Below are positions 14,240 through 33,932 of a stretch of DNA of 64,000 nt, piece after piece. The translations under genes and the position numbers were made by a program. Every line of letters begins with the position of its first letter. Within the stretch, counting starts at the first letter, position 1. Source of the stretch: the human T2T-CHM13v2.0 reference genome, Homo sapiens; the NCBI RefSeq assembly GCF_009914755.1, contig NC_060937.1. One strand, 5' to 3'. Under the pieces are notes generated by a model. The model saw only the letters and a program-made list of their open reading frames with translations. It did not search any database and was not told where the DNA came from.

Positions 14240-14400
14240 AGAGTAAGAAGCAACTTAGGCAATCCTCTAATTTAGTTCTTTCATTTTTCAGAGAAGGAAA
14301 CTGAGGCTCAGCGAAGTTACGTGATTTGCCTATAGTTACAGAGCTAGTAAAAAGTTTAAACTGTTAGATGAACTCCTATTTGCTACTCTACCCAGTGACA
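14240..14400 (-). mobile_element. MIR
   Basis: tttcatttttcagagaaggaaactgaggctcag...gatttgcc (MIR core, reverse strand). Confidence 0.8.
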
Positions 14401-14477
14401 GAGAATACTGAATGCATCTATTTACTCAGACATATGAACTATAGTGACTAAAAACAGTTGTGATGTGTGATGTACAT

Positions 14478-15133
14478 TGTTGGGGGTCAGAATATAATAC
14501 ACCAAAATGAAGGTCTCAGAGCAGCATGGAAGCAAAAGTTTTTCTCTGACTTTCTCTGGTCCTCCTGTCTCTGGCCCCCTCATACTCCCTTGAGGCTAGC
14601 CATAGAAACTAGAATCCCTCCTCCAAGGTGGGTCATAGAAAACCAGAACCCTTTATCCCAAAGCCAGCCATAAAAACCTAAAAATATTACTTTAACTTTA
14701 CCTCCACCTTTCTGTGTAAAAACTTGTCATAAAGAAATTATCTGACCTACCTTGTTTGATTGTAGATTGCAAGAGCCCCCATTCTAGAGAGGGTCCTGTC
14801 CCATACCCAGAAGGAAGGAATGCTGCACAGAGGCCAAGAAGAATCCAGACAGACAGGCCTTGCCGGGCTTCCCCGCTCAGTCTGTTTGTTTTAGACCATG
14901 CCTTCTTTGTCCAGTCATATTTCTACAAGCCTGACCATACTTTGCTGAACCAAAGCATGAACATGGACAGTTTGCTCTATATCTTTGGGTCTTCATCCTG
15001 AAGGATCCTGTGTCACATATAAAACTATGATCAAATAAATTTGTATGCCTTCCTCCTATTAATCTGCCTTTTGTCAGTTGATTTTAAGTGAACCTTTGGA
15101 AAGCTAAAGGGAAGCTTTCCCTAGGTCCCTGTA
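14478..15133 (+). mobile_element. MER39-family ERV1 solo LTR
   Basis: tgttgggggtcagaa...caaaatgaaggtctcagagcagc...ccctgta. 4-bp TSD acat/acat. Confidence 0.85.
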
Positions 15134-15326
15134 ACATGTTATGTTTTAGAGGTTTCAAAATTATTCAAATGCTTTTGTATGTTTTGAATATTTTCATGGC
15201 ATGACACACGTTCGTGTGTGTGTGAAACTTTGCATAATTTTAGTAGTTTTAACTTTTGCTGTCATAAAAATAATTTAGTTTTATATTTAGGAAAATCTTA
15301 AAACTCTATGGTTAGTTGGTAAATAG

Positions 15327-15755
15327 TGATAAAAGAAAAAATTTCAGCCAAATTAAATTTAAAGGAGTTTGCTTGAACAATGAATGATTCACGAATCAGG
15401 CAGCCCCCAGAATCGCAGCAGATTCACAGAGACTCCAGTGCAGCCATGTGGTGGGAGAAGATTTATAGAACAAAAAGAGGGAAATGACATACAAAAATCA
15501 GCAACGAGGTACAGCAACGGCTGGACTGGTTACAGGTTGGCATTTGCCTTATTTGAACACAGTTTGAACACTTAGCAGCCTATGAGTGGTTGGAGTATGG
15601 CTGCTGGGATTGGCCACAGCTATTATTACAGGTGCATACTCCTAAATTAGGTTTTCAATCTTGTCTGACTATTAAGCTACATTACAGTTCATCTACAAGG
15701 ACTCAAATATAGAAGTATGGAGTCCTTCTCAGGCTATATTTAGTTTGCTTTAACA
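15327..15755 (-). mobile_element. MER57-family ERV1 solo LTR
   Basis: Reverse strand begins tgttaaagcaaactaaatatagcctgagaaggactcc. 4-bp TSD atag/atag. Confidence 0.8.
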
Positions 15756-16104
15756 ATAGATACTGGTAGAAAGATTAAAGAGAGTCATAAAATATGTCCA
15801 CTTCATGCAGCTATAAGGTTGGACTAATTAGGCAAAGTAGATAATACATCTGAAAAATTCTGGCAAAAAATCAAAACAAAACAAAACAATCAAATTCACC
15901 ATTTATTTTCCAAACCAAAATTTCTTTGGTTTTTGCTTATTTGTGTTTATACTTCTGTAAAATTCCTACTCAGAGTACCTAGTTGATCATAATCTCAGAA
16001 TAAGTTATTAAACTTTATAGTCTGTACTTCCTACTGAGGTATAATCATTATATATATATCTGAAATTTAATGGTGTCACTTTCTCAGCAGTGCTATTGAA
16101 GTGA

Positions 16105-17130
<1,026 letters not shown>

Positions 17131-17530
17131 AAATTATGTTTTAATATGATATCTCTGTAAAGGTTAAGTACTTTTTAGGACATGGACCTGGAATGATTGC
17201 CAGAATTCATCGTTTGAATGGAATTAATTTTCAAATTTAGCAGGCATATACTTTCCATTTCTCCATCCTACTAAATAAATTAAAAGTTAATTTACCAGGG
17301 TGGTGGGCTTGACAGGAACAGGGAACAAGTTTTACTTTCATTTTCTGGGACCACTCCTGAGCTTGATATGCCTTTTAAACACTGACCCTCTGCCTGCCTA
17401 TCTGCTTTTACTTATACTCACCTTGGAGCAGGTTCTCTTCTCTACTTCCTTTTCTGGGCAGTCTCCAGGGCGGCTTTAGCCTCTTCACTTGCTTCTGTTA
17501 CAGCATGACTAGCCCAGAGCTTGCCCAAAA

Positions 17531-17993
17531 TGTGGTAGTCTGATGAATGGTCCTCCAAAGATGTCCATGGTCCTAATCACTGGGATCTGTGAGTATATTA
17601 CTTTTTATGGTAAAAGGGATTAGCAGCTATGGTTAAGTTAAGGGTTTAGAGATGAGGAGATTATCCAGATAGGCTTAACGTCATCACAAGGTTCTTTATA
17701 AGCAGAAGTCAGGAGGATCAAAGTCAAAAAAAGAAGATGTGATGACAAAACCAGAGGTTGGAGGGATGTCCTTTGAAGATGGGAAAGGGGCCAGGAGCTA
17801 CGGAATGTAGGCAGCTTCTACCAACTGGAAAAGCGAAGGAAACAGATTCTTCCCTGAGCCTCTGGGAAGCAGCAGTCCCGATAAGACCTGGATTTTAGAC
17901 TTCTGACCTCCACAACTGTAGGAGAGTAATTTGTGTTATTTCAAGTTACTCTATTTATGGTAACTTGTTATAGCAGCAGTAGGGAACTCATCC
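17531..17993 (+). mobile_element. MLT1D-like MaLR LTR
   Basis: tgtggtag...cctccaaagatgtcc...gacttctgacctccacaactgtagg...ttgttatagcagcagtagggaact. Confidence 0.85.
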
Positions 17994-18467
17994 AATTACC
18001 ATATATATAAAAGCTCTTTCAAGATCATAATACCATGTTAGGTATTATTTGTAGTAGAATATCATAATACTTACAAGTCCTTTTCCTTAATATTGTATTT
18101 AAAAATTAAATGTATTTTTAAAAAATGTATTTCAAAGCTTGCTTAAAAATATTCTTGTAGACAAATATTGTACTATTTCTGTATTTTAAAATTAATTTGT
18201 TCAGTTTATACTTATTAAACATCTATTATGTGCAAAAGAGTATGTTGCAGAGGACACAGAAATGTTTAGGACATGGACTTTAATTCCAAGGATCTCATAA
18301 GGTTGACCTCTAGAAGCTATACTATTGCATAAATAACTGTTGCCTGGGTTGGCATACTGTATTAGCTAGCTACGGCTGCATAATAAAGTACCACAGACTG
18401 GGGGGCTCAGACAACAGTAATTTATTTTCCCACAATTCTGGAAGCTAGAAGTCCAAGATCAAGGTGT

Positions 18468-19133
18468 TGTGAAAGGAAAATAAATCTTAGGACCCCCCAA
18501 AATCACCAAGCCAAGGGAAAAGTCAAGCTGGGAACTACGTCAGGCAAACCTGCCTCCTATTTTATTCCTAGATAAGATAGCTAAAAAGGTAAAAGAGCTC
18601 CATACTTCCCTCACAATTTTCCTATAAGGAATTCTTCATGGGGCTCAAGATTTTTGCCCTAACGCAGTTCTGCTGAATTTCACCCTGGCAATGTAAACGG
18701 ATAGCTTATCTCCACCGATGCAGGACATAAAGTCACCCCTCTGCTTACCTGAAACAAATGCACATCTATCTGATTGCTTCCTCTACCCTATTGTTTATGT
18801 AAAAATGCAGAATCACTGAGCCAGACTAAATTGTGTATTCAGTGGAAGGCTGACCAAGGACTCAAAAGAATGCAACTTCTTCTCTCTTATCTACCTATGA
18901 CCTGGAAATCTCTGCTTCAAGTTGTTGCACCTTATGGGACCGAACCAATTTACATCTTACACATATTGATTGATGTCTCTTGTCTCTCTAAAATGTGTAA
19001 AAGCAAGCTGTACCCTGACCACCTTAGCACATTGTCAGGACCTCCTGAGGTTGTGTCACATGCGTGTCCTTAACCGTGACAAAATAAACTTGATAAATTG
19101 GTTGAGACCTGTCTCAGATATTTTGGGTTCACA
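18468..19133 (+). mobile_element. MER4A-family ERV1 solo LTR nested in MLT1
   Basis: tgtgaaaggaaaataaatcttaggacccc...aaaataaact...ttttgggttcaca. Confidence 0.85.
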
Positions 19134-19226
19134 GGATTGATTTCTTCTAAGCTCTGTCTCTCCTTTGCTTATAATGTGTTTCCTCCTTTGTTTTTACTTG
19201 GTCTTCCCTTTGTGCCTGTGTCCTAC

Positions 19227-19523
<297 letters not shown>

Positions 19524-21506
19524 CTATTCTCCTCTTCTTATAAGGATACCAGCCATATTGGGTTACAACCCACCCTCATGACCTCATTCAAACTTAATTA
19601 CCTCCATGAGGATCGCATCTCCAAATACAATCACATTCCAAGGTAAGGGGGTTGAGATTTCAATATAAAAATTGGGGGAGAACACAGTTCAGCCCATAAC
19701 ACATGCTAAGTGTGTGCTTTGGGAAAATTCAGAGAAGAGTGAGCTACTCTAGATATTGCTAATAGTAGAATTCACTCACAAATCAACTGATTAACAATGA
19801 CATACTTGCCATGTGTGGTTACTGATAATCCAAGAATGAGCTATCCTTCCCAGAATGTACGGTGACAAATGGAGGAATCCTGATGAAGACATATAGAAAC
19901 AGTAAATAAAATGATGGAACACATTTATGTCTTCATGAAAAGCACTTAGAACCAAGTACAGAAATTCTTTGGTGCAGTTGTTCAATTCCATTCTCAGGTG
20001 ACAAACAAAGCCAACAGCTATGAACCTTCTGATGATTCTGCCCTTTTGAAGTAACTAAGTTTGCACAATGACATTTACTATACTTTTAGGAACTGGCATG
20101 CCTAGGCTTAATGCATCTTTGTTGAGACAAAAAAAAAAAGTTATGGTTTCTATAAGAGAATCTGTTCCAGGAGAAAGAGAATGACATATTGGATATGTTA
20201 GATAAGCAAAATATGCTAAGTTCCTTGGGGTCCTAATTAACATATTCCAGAGAAAAGTCCCACCCTAAAGTTTAGGTTCAATTATCAGAGGTCAAAATGT
20301 AATTCTGTTAGGAAAGCAGACAATGTTCACAGCAATCCTTTCATGTCCTTATGAACAAAAATGAAAACGTTCAAGTTGGTGGGAACTCATAGGAGTTAGT
20401 AATTTAATCAACATACTTTGGCCCATCATTGGGCCAAATTCTAGTGCTCTAATGCTGTAGATGGAAATATGTGGACAAAGGACTGAGCAAGATAAGATGG
20501 TCATTTAAGATAACTCATTCATTATAAGAAAATATAAAAGTAACAAAACACCATGTAAGAGAGTTTGAAGAAAAGATGAATATGATCTTTGATTTTCTAG
20601 GCACAGAAAAATAATGAAGAAATTCCAGTTTTAGGTTATTCTTTTTTTGTGCAAGTATCTGCTAATTACATATCTTATGCATTTCTCATTATCTATCATT
20701 TCAGACAAATTGTGCCTATAGACAATTTCAAAATAAATGTTTTCATACAAAGAAATAAAATGGGAGAATGGGAGCATGCCTAGTAATGACAGTTAAAATT
20801 CTGTCTTTTCCAAAATAGTACTGTTTCCATTGTAGAGTAACTGAATTCAATTATCTAAACTGTGTGTTTTTGTTAGCAACATGTGAATTTATTTAATGGT
20901 AGTGTGCAATTTTTAGTAGGAGTTACTGGAATTTTTCTAAGAACGTTGATTCACCTCAGATCACATTGTTTTTCAGATACAGTCTGTTGGATTTTAACAA
21001 AAACCCCATAGCTAATCACAGGTGAAAATAATGATACCATGTAACTATTTTCATTGATGGTGTTGGTTTTTGTCTTAGATCTAGCACAACAATGTGTTTC
21101 TTAGCAAACACTCCCTGTATTCAAGCAGACATTGTCACACACTTAGAGGAAGAGATGAAAAAGGCTGTATAGGACCATCCATAAAGTACAGAGGGGATAC
21201 TTGCAGACCAGTAACCAACTTCTACGTTAGTTAAATTGAAAGCAATTTATATCATAACTTGAATGAGTGAGGTTGGAAAAAATGTTCTTGACAATGAAGT
21301 TGCTTAAACTTAAATAGGGGAGATTTTACAGAGAGAGGATGAGTAACCCAGAGTCTCAAGGCCCAGATATATTTAGCAGATAGGGCCAATTTTGTGATTC
21401 TGTGCCAGAGAGATGGGGAGGCTTTCTAAAGCGGATCTTAAGTGAAGTCAAGAGATGTAGAAAAAAGGGAAGAGAAACCTGAAGGGCAGTTTCTTATCAC
21501 TTTAGT

Positions 21507-21862
21507 TGTATTAGTCCTTCTTCATGCTGCTGGTAAAGACATACCCGAGACTGGGCAATGTACAAAAGAAACAGGTTTAATGGACTCACAGTTCTACTTG
21601 GCTGGGGAGGCCTCACAATCATGGCAGAAGGTGAAAGACCTGTCTCACATGGCGGTACACAAGAAAAGAGAGCTTGTGCAGGGAAACTCCCCTTTATAAA
21701 ACCATCATATCTCATAAGACGTAGTCACCATCATGAGAATAGCATGGGAAAGACCTTCCCCCATGATTCAATTACCTCCCACTGGGTCCCTCCCACAACA
21801 CGGAACTGTGGGAGCTACAGTTCAAAATGAGATTTGGGTGGTGGCACAGCCAAACCACATCG
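21507..21862 (-). mobile_element. THE1 (MaLR) solo LTR
   Basis: tgtattagtcc...gctgctggtaaagacatacccgagactggg...cacagccaaaccacatc. TSD ttagt/ttact. Confidence 0.92.
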
Positions 21863-22043
21863 TTACTCATATGTCTCAGTAATCACATAAAGGCACCCAG
21901 CAAATATTTGTGGATCTTCCCTGCTCTGTGCAAAGCCAACAGAAGAGCATATAAAACAAAAACAACACTAACCTTGTGTGTTTACCTAATTGCAGAGGAG
22001 CTTCAAGGAAAGCTACTCAATTTGCTTTTTTTAGATTACAGTA

Positions 22044-22332
22044 CAGGGGTTAGCAAACCGCAGCCTGTGGGCCAAATCTGGTCGGATGCCTATTTTTGTA
22101 TGGCCTATGAGCTAAGAATTGTTTTTATAGTTGAACATGTCCAATTTATTTGATGATAGGGCAAACTAATTTGGAACCCCAATTAAACTAAATGCTATCA
22201 CCCCCAAAAGAATTTCATTCTTCTCATTAGTAGACCTGTGTTACAAAATATTATACTCTATTATTAATATTTAATTAAAATACTTTCAATAAAATTTTAA
22301 TGGCAGTTTATTTTCTCTGTTATGTAAGTACC

Positions 22333-22388
<56 letters not shown>

Positions 22389-22461
22389 GGTATAGGCTTG
22401 GCCCATAAAGCCTAAAGTATATTCTATCTGAGACTTTGCGGTAAATGTTTGCTGACCCCTG
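22044..22461. mobile_element. MER58-type hAT-Charlie non-autonomous DNA transposon
   Basis: TIRs caggggttagcaaac / gtttgctgacccctg. Degenerate 8-bp TSD ttacagta/ttctagtg. Confidence 0.85.
22336..22385. repeat. (TA)25 microsatellite inside a 64-bp perfect palindrome
   Basis: tacctac(ta)25gtaggta. Confidence 0.97.
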
Positions 22462-22679
22462 TTCTAGTGAACTAACTAGATAGGAGATGCTCTGTGTAAT
22501 TTCAGCAGTTTATGATATCTCAGATCCTCTTTCACTAATCTGAAAATGATTGGTAACATTTCTCACCCCATACCATTTAAGTACAAGATGTCCTTGACTC
22601 TTCATCAACTGCTACATTAATAATGAACATAACCCTGGGAAATTTGGGGATTTCATATGGTGCGAAGAGAGGTCACTTT

Positions 22680-23035
22680 GAGGTATTCAGCTGGTGGATG
22701 GCTTCTCTTACATGTCCCCTTGGCAGGGATCACTAGAAGTCTGGCTCAGCTGGGGCTATTCACCATGGTGGCTACATAATGGCTTCTCCAGTATGGTGAT
22801 TTCAGGTTAGTTGAATTTTTACATTATAGCTCAAGACTAGCAAACATAGTGTTTGAAGAAGCTTGAGTGGAAGCTTCAAGACTTATGACCAAGATTAGAA
22901 GTCCTGGAATGTCACTTCTACCATTTTCTACTGCTCAAGAAAGTCACTAAGACCAGCCCAAATCCAAGGAGAGAGGAATTAGATTTCAACTCTCAACGGG
23001 AGAAGTACCATACTAAAGACTATATGACCATCTTT
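22680..23035 (-). mobile_element. Old MLT1 MaLR LTR fragment
   Basis: ggctcagctggggct...gtcacttctaccattttctactgctcaag..aagtcactaagaccagccc. Confidence 0.6.
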
Positions 23036-23039
23036 GGTA

Positions 23040-24110
23040 AGGTATAATCTATGATGTCTTCTATTCTTGGTTTTCAAACTTTTTATAGGCTATGTATATG
23101 TTAGATCTTTTCATTCTAGCCTATATGTTTACACTTTTTACAGTGGCTTTTTTTCATTTTTTTTCTCCCCATGCTTTAGTGGATATATTCTATAAAACTT
23201 CCTTCTGATTTCTAATTTTTTCTTTTGCTATGTCTAAATTGGAGTTATCCCCATCTATTGGATTTTAATTTTTTTGGTATTGTAGTGCCTATTTACAGAC
23301 TTTTTACTTAGATGTAATTTTTTTTGTAGATGCTAGTTCTCTAGTGAAATTTTCCATCTTGTCATTTATTTTCTTAGATATATTTACAATGATTTCCAAG
23401 ACCACAAGTAATAACTGTAATATCTGGATCACCTATAGGACTGCTTCCATTGTCTGTTTTCTCTATTATATGCCAGATATTTTGTCTTTTCCAGGCATAC
23501 CTTGTAGTTTTTAAATTGAGTGCCAGACATTGTGTTTGAAAAATTGTATAAATAATTTGAGGCTTTCATAGATGTTACCTTCCTCCAGGGAGGATTTTCC
23601 CCCCTTTCTAATTAGCAATTAGATTAAGAGAAGTTCACCACAGTTCTACCTGAGGTTGAGTTGACTCAGAGATGGTTTCAGTACTTGGTAAAATTAAGTC
23701 TAATTGTAGTTCACATTTATTCTCAGACTATAGTCTTTCTGAAGTCTTGACTGGAAGTATAAGAAATTTACTAGTAGTCTTCCTTCTGGGAGGGCCCTGA
23801 ACTCTAATTTTTCAGTAGTAAGATTGTTGAACACTGTTTAGGATTCCAGCTTTTAGACATTAACTTCTTCTTGGTTTCTTAGTGTCTCAATCCTATGTAG
23901 CTGTAGCTTAGAAATCATCAAATGCATCAGACTTCCGCAGATTGTTGAGGTCATGTCAACAAGCTTCTTTTCTCTCTGGGATCACGGCTCCTGAAGTATT
24001 GACTGCTTTGGTAGCTTCCTGATTTCTCTAAAGAGATTTTTAACTTTTGTTCAGCTGCCCTAGTCATATTCAAATTGGAATGCAGTAAGCTCTTTTACTA
24101 TTACTGAAAA
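23040..24110 (-). mobile_element. Old L1M internal/5' fragment
   Basis: T-rich degenerate L1-like sequence (ttttgctatgtctaaattgg..atccccatctattgg, tgagtgccagacattgtg). Confidence 0.5.
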
Positions 24111-24389
24111 TGACCAATTTTCTTTTATCACAACAATTAATTTTTCTCCTATGTTCCAAGTTAAACCAAAAAGATAGTTTTTGGTTTAATGATTCTAGAC
24201 GTTCAGTCATCAGCCTCCCAGACTCATTAATTGGCTTTCTTGGCCATTTTCTATTGCCATTCTTCTGTTGTCTACCCTAGCATTTGTCACTTCATGTTAC
24301 TTTAAAAAAAATAGTTCCTTTAAAATTCATCTATTATTCTTCAGCTACTAGTCTCTGCTCTTGTTACATTTCCTTTGGATTTGCTTAAA

Positions 24390-24860
24390 TTGTAATTATC
24401 TATTGCTGTATAAGTACCTTGAAAATTAGTGGCTTATGATTTGCTATTTCTCTTACAGGTTGACTGGCAGGTCTTCTGCTCCATGCTGTATCAACTGGGG
24501 TCACACAAATATAATTAGTTGGTGGCTGGGCTGGGTGTAGAAGATTGAAAAAGACCCCCCTTATACATCTGGTGGCTCAGCTGGGGTGGTTTGAGTGGCT
24601 GGAGCACCTCGGTCCTCTTCCAGGTAGATCTCTTCCTCGAGCAGTCTAAGCTGGCTTCCTTCAAACATGACAACTGGTTTCCAAAAGGGTTCTTAAAGTC
24701 TCAGCTCAGAACAGGCACAGTGTCTATCACTTCTGCTGCATCCTCTTGGCCAAAATAAGTCATAAGTCCAGATCAGAGCTGAGAAGAGGGGAAATAGATT
24801 CTCCTTCTTGAAGAGAAGATTGGCATGCACATCTAAAGATAAGAATAATTGTTGGCTACC
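24390..24860 (-). mobile_element. Old MLT1 MaLR LTR
   Basis: tgtaattatctattgctgtataa...aaaattagtggctt...cacttctgctgcatcctcttggccaaa. Confidence 0.65.
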
Positions 24861-25940
24861 TGTGTAGGAGCACATTCCTTTTTTTGGGTACAATTTACTG
24901 AGACTACACGGACTTGTTTGGCTTCTGCCCAGAATTTTCCCCTTAGCAACTGCTAAGTTCAGTTGATTTCCACAGTAGGCTCAGGCAAAGCATAAGTGCT
25001 CTGTTCAGTATCAACATCAGACAGAGAGAATTTTACTTGGACCTTTTCTAATTACTTGCCACGGTTTAATAATTATCAGTCTGTCTTCTCCCTCAACCCC
25101 TCTGAGCCAAATCTGCCTATGCCCTACTCTTATTATCGCTTTTTAAATTATTTGAACCTAACTACTTTCTGGGACCACAACATCTTGTCTTTCTTCTTCA
25201 AGACATCTTTGCTTTACATCTTCAGAACATTGTCATCTTCTAGTAGTCTCTTTCCAGTATTTTGGAAAATACTTGCATTGCTTCCAATGGGAGAGTTGTT
25301 GTAGGTTCTACTCTTATTGGTTCTAAGGAAAATAATCCCTTTATTTCCAAAATAAAGTGATAGGTCCAAATCGATTTTAAATAGAGTAAAACTTGGGTAC
25401 ACTTGGACCCATAGGCTATAAGGGGCCTGTGTGTATAGAAAGTTTTAGTCATTTTGAGAGTTCCCATTATATATTTTGAAAATAAAAATTTGGTCTTGAA
25501 TAGAATCAAATTTGGCCAGATTTTCTTAACAATCTGGCAGCAGTATTATGCTACTGCATATTTATTTTGGTTTGTCCCAAGCTTTAGCAAGAATAGAGTA
25601 GGTAAGTTCCAAATATTTAAATAAATCTATATTTCATTGCAATAATCTTAAAAATTAATATATTATTCTGTGAGTTGCTTGAGACACTGTAAAACTTACC
25701 TAACTAATGTCTAAATGCCTAAGCAATTAGAGGGCCAAATTATATGTTATCAAATAAAATGTAAACATTCACCTCTAAACAATATCAATAAGCAGGTTAA
25801 ATTTGTCTTTTGTAATTCAGAATGTTTCTGTTAGTGAAAAATGTTGAAAATTACATAAATGCATTTATTATTGTATGTCTCTCAAAAAATGTATTATGCT
25901 TCTATTACTTTGATGTGTAAAGAAGGCATAAATACATCTT

Positions 25941-26107
25941 TTTCTTTTAAGAGATGGGGTCTCTCTATGTTGCCCGGGCTGGAGTGCTGTGGCTATTCAC
26001 AGGTGTGATAATAGTGTACTGCAATCCCAAACTCCTGGCCTCAAGAAATCCTCTTGCCTTAGCCGCCCCAGGAGCTGGGACTATGGGTGCAAGCTACCTT
26101 GGTGGCC
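25941..26107 (-). mobile_element. FAM (fossil Alu monomer)
   Basis: Monomer retaining the 7SL-derived gtggctattcacaggtgtgat segment that dimeric Alus lack. 13-bp TSD ataaata(c/t)atctt at 25928-25940 and 26108-26120. Confidence 0.85.
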
Positions 26108-26907
26108 ATAAATATATCTTATTGGGAAGTCAGGACTTCTCTGAGAGGGCTTTAAACATGGTCAGGTTTTTAGAATAGAAAAGTCTCTATTGGCAGTGAC
26201 AAAGGTTAAGAGCTGTCTTAGCAACAGAAAGCTCTTAGATAGTAGGCTACATTTTAGCTATAAGAATGAAGAAATCTTGGTGAGAATCATATATTAATAT
26301 ATTTGTTAACAATGCCTATATCTCACATAGATATTATAAGATTGTCCTTTTAAGAAATTATCCTTTTAAGATTTGTCATGCTTTTCAATTCAAAAAAACT
26401 CCCATAGCCAAAATGCAACTGAGATCTGAAATGTCAAATTTTTGCACTCTCTGCTTTGTCAGATTTCCAGTTGCTCTCTGGACCTTGGCCGACTTCACTG
26501 GCAAAGTCAAATTGATGACTTGCTTGTATTTCTGATTCCAGTTCTATTAATTCAAAGGGATTCTTTTTGAAGAATCAAAAAGTATTCTCAGTAGACTTAT
26601 GCAAATCATTACTAGTTATTGCTCTGTGTACTTTTATTCAAAGTAAAATTGAAAAACATTAAGAACTTTCTGGGATAGTTACAAATTATGTGAGTGCTAG
26701 TTTTTCTTAAAGTGTGCTCTTTATTAATTTTATTTTTGACAATTCCCATCACCATATCTATGAAACAACATTCTTTCCTTAAGTTAAAAGACTAATTTCA
26801 AAAACTATTTAAGGATTACTATGGGAAAACAAAGATTAACAATCTATAATTATTTAGCATAGAAACTTAAGTGGTTGAAAAAAATGGAAGTTTTAAAACA
26901 TTGCTGA

Positions 26908-27403
<496 letters not shown>

Positions 27404-27790
27404 TACATCTTCCATTTTAAGATTTTATTTTTCACATCACATTTCTCTTCCATATTGTCTAATCCCAGCTACACTTATTATTATCCCCCCTCATTTCATT
27501 CATGCCTGATCCTTTTGTTTACTCTGCCTCTCCAGCTTGGAGCTCCTGTGTGTTTATGACTATGTTTGTAGCAATGCTTTTGTAATAGTAAGCAGACCTT
27601 CCACTGATTCAGCAAAGACTTATTGAGCACCTATTTTGTGCCAATCAGAGTGCTAGATTTTGTAGGTAAGATAATGATAATCCTGCTGAGCTCTTTGAAG
27701 TTAGGGGTATGTCTTCTTCCTCCTGGTATTCCCTAGAGCTGAACACACACCTGACCCATGATAGAGCTTCCATAAATCATTATTAAAAGT

Positions 27791-29277
27791 ATAGCCTAGA
27801 CAATCCTAAGCAAAAAGAACAAAGCTGGAGGCATCACACTACCTGACTTCAAACTATTCTACAAGGCTACAGAACCAAAGCAGCATGGTACTGGTACCAA
27901 AACAGACATAGAGACCAATGGAACAGAAGAGACCTCAGAAATAACACCACACATCTACGACCATATGATCTTTGACAAACCTCACAAAAACAAGTCATGG
28001 GAAAAGGATTCCCTATTTAATAAATGGTTCTGGGAAAACTGGGTAGCCATATGTAGAAAGCTGAAACTGGATCCCTTTCTTACACCTTATATAAAAATTA
28101 ATTCAAGATGGATTAAAGACTTAAATGTTAGACCTAAAACCATCAAAACCCTAAAAGAAAACCTAGGCATACCATTTAGGACATAGGCATGGGCAAGGAG
28201 TTAATGACTAAAGCACCAAAAGCAATGGCAACAAAAGCCAAAATAGACAAATGAGATCTAATTAAACTAAGGAGCTTCTGCACAGCAAAAGAAACTATCA
28301 TCAAAGTGAACAGGCAACCTACAGAAAGGGAGAAAATTTTTGCAATGTACCCATCTGACAAAGGGCTAATATCCAGAATCTACAAAGAACTTAAAGGAAT
28401 TTACAAGAAACAAACAAACAACACCATCAAAAAGTGGGCGAACGATATCAACAGACACTTCTCAAAGGAAGACATTTATGCAGCCAAAAAACATGAAAAA
28501 AAGCTCATCAGCACTGGTCATTAGAGAAATGCAAATCAAAACCACAATGAGATACCATCCACAATGAGATACCACGCCAGTTAGAATGGTGATCATTAAA
28601 AAGTCAGGAAACAACAGATGCTGGAGAGGATGTGGAGAAATAGGAATGCTTTTACACTGTTGGTGGGAGTGTAAATTAATTCAACCATTGTGGAAGACCA
28701 TGTGGCGATTCCTCAAGGATCTAGAACTAGAAATACCATTTGACCCAGCAAATCCATTACTGGGCATATACCCAAAGAAACATAAATCATTCTACTGTAA
28801 AGACACATGCACACATATGTTTATTGCAGTGCTATTCACAATAGCAAAGACTTGGAACCAACCCAAATGCCCATCAGTGATAGACTGGATAAAGAAAATG
28901 TGTCACATGTACACCATGGAAGACTATGCAGCCATAAAAAAGGATGAGATCATGTCCTTTGCAGGGACATGGATGAAGCTGGAAACCATCATTCTCAGCA
29001 AAGTAACACAGGAACAGAAAACCAAACACCACATTTTCTCACTCATAAGTGGGAGTTGAACAATGAGAACACTTGGACACAGGGAGGGGAACATCACACA
29101 CTGGGGATTGTCGGAGGGTGGGGGCTGGGGGAGGGATAGCATTAGGAGAAATACCTAATGTAGATGACAGGTTGGTGGGTGCAACAAACCACCATGGAAT
29201 GTGTATCCCTATGTAACAAACCTGCATGTTCTGCACATGTATCCCAGAACTTAATGTACATATATGTAAAAAAAAAA
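27791..29277 (+). mobile_element. 5'-truncated L1PA (about 1.5 kb, L1PA7-like 3'UTR)
   Basis: ORF2 C-terminal fragments (27965..28186, 28306..28524, 28586..29059), 3'UTR, poly(A). TSD aaaagtat at a tt|aaaa site. Confidence 0.97.
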
Positions 29278-30030
29278 GTATCCTCAAAAGCCCATCTGCC
29301 CTGTGAAACATTCCATCAGTACTGACTGTTTCCTCTTAGCTCCTATAATGTTTATCCAAATTTTGGGGGCTATTCCATGTGCCAATCAGCAAAATACGGG
29401 GGAGCAAATATTGTTCTTAGATTGTCAGATGAAATTTACTACTATGACAACAAACTGCCTGACTACAAGGAACACATACTATGCAAACATGGCTTCAAGT
29501 GCCTCACTGCTGTGTTGAGCCAGGTTGTAATGCAGCATTTGGTTGACCTGTGGACTCTCTGCTTAGGATGTCCGCTGCAGATAAAAAGCCATCTGTGGCA
29601 GTGGTAACCTCATGGGACAGCACCTGAAATATGCCTTTATTTTGTGACCCAGAAACCAAAAAGTTGAAGGATATGGAATGCATAACAAAATTAGGTTATG
29701 TATTTTAAAAATATACAGTGTAGTTATTTGTATTCATATAACAAATTAAGTGAATAAAACGTAAAATATGTAAAATCAAGGCACTTGTAAAAGTAATTTA
29801 ATTTTTATAAGTAAAATAATATATATATTATACTTTAAGTTCTAGGGTACATGTGCACAACGTGCAAGTTTGTTACATATGTATACATGTGCCATGTTGG
29901 TTTGCTGTACCCATTAACTCGTCATTTACATTAGGTATTTCTCCTAATGCTATCCCTCCCCTATCCTCCCACCCCACAGTAGGCCCCGGTGTGTGATCTT
30001 CCCTGCCCTGTGTCCAAGTGTTCTTATTGT

Positions 30031-33869
<3,839 letters not shown>

Positions 33870-33932
33870 TATGATGTTAGCTGGTTATTTTGCCCGTTAG
33901 TTGATGCAGTTTCTTCCTAGCATTGATGGTCT

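Noticed and set aside
20417-20438. 9-bp hairpin tttggccca-tcat-tgggccaaa
   Set aside because: Expected by chance in 64 kb.
29278-29829. Net inversion of the spacer between the inverted L1s
   Set aside because: Each L1's inner TSD copy still matches its own outer copy.
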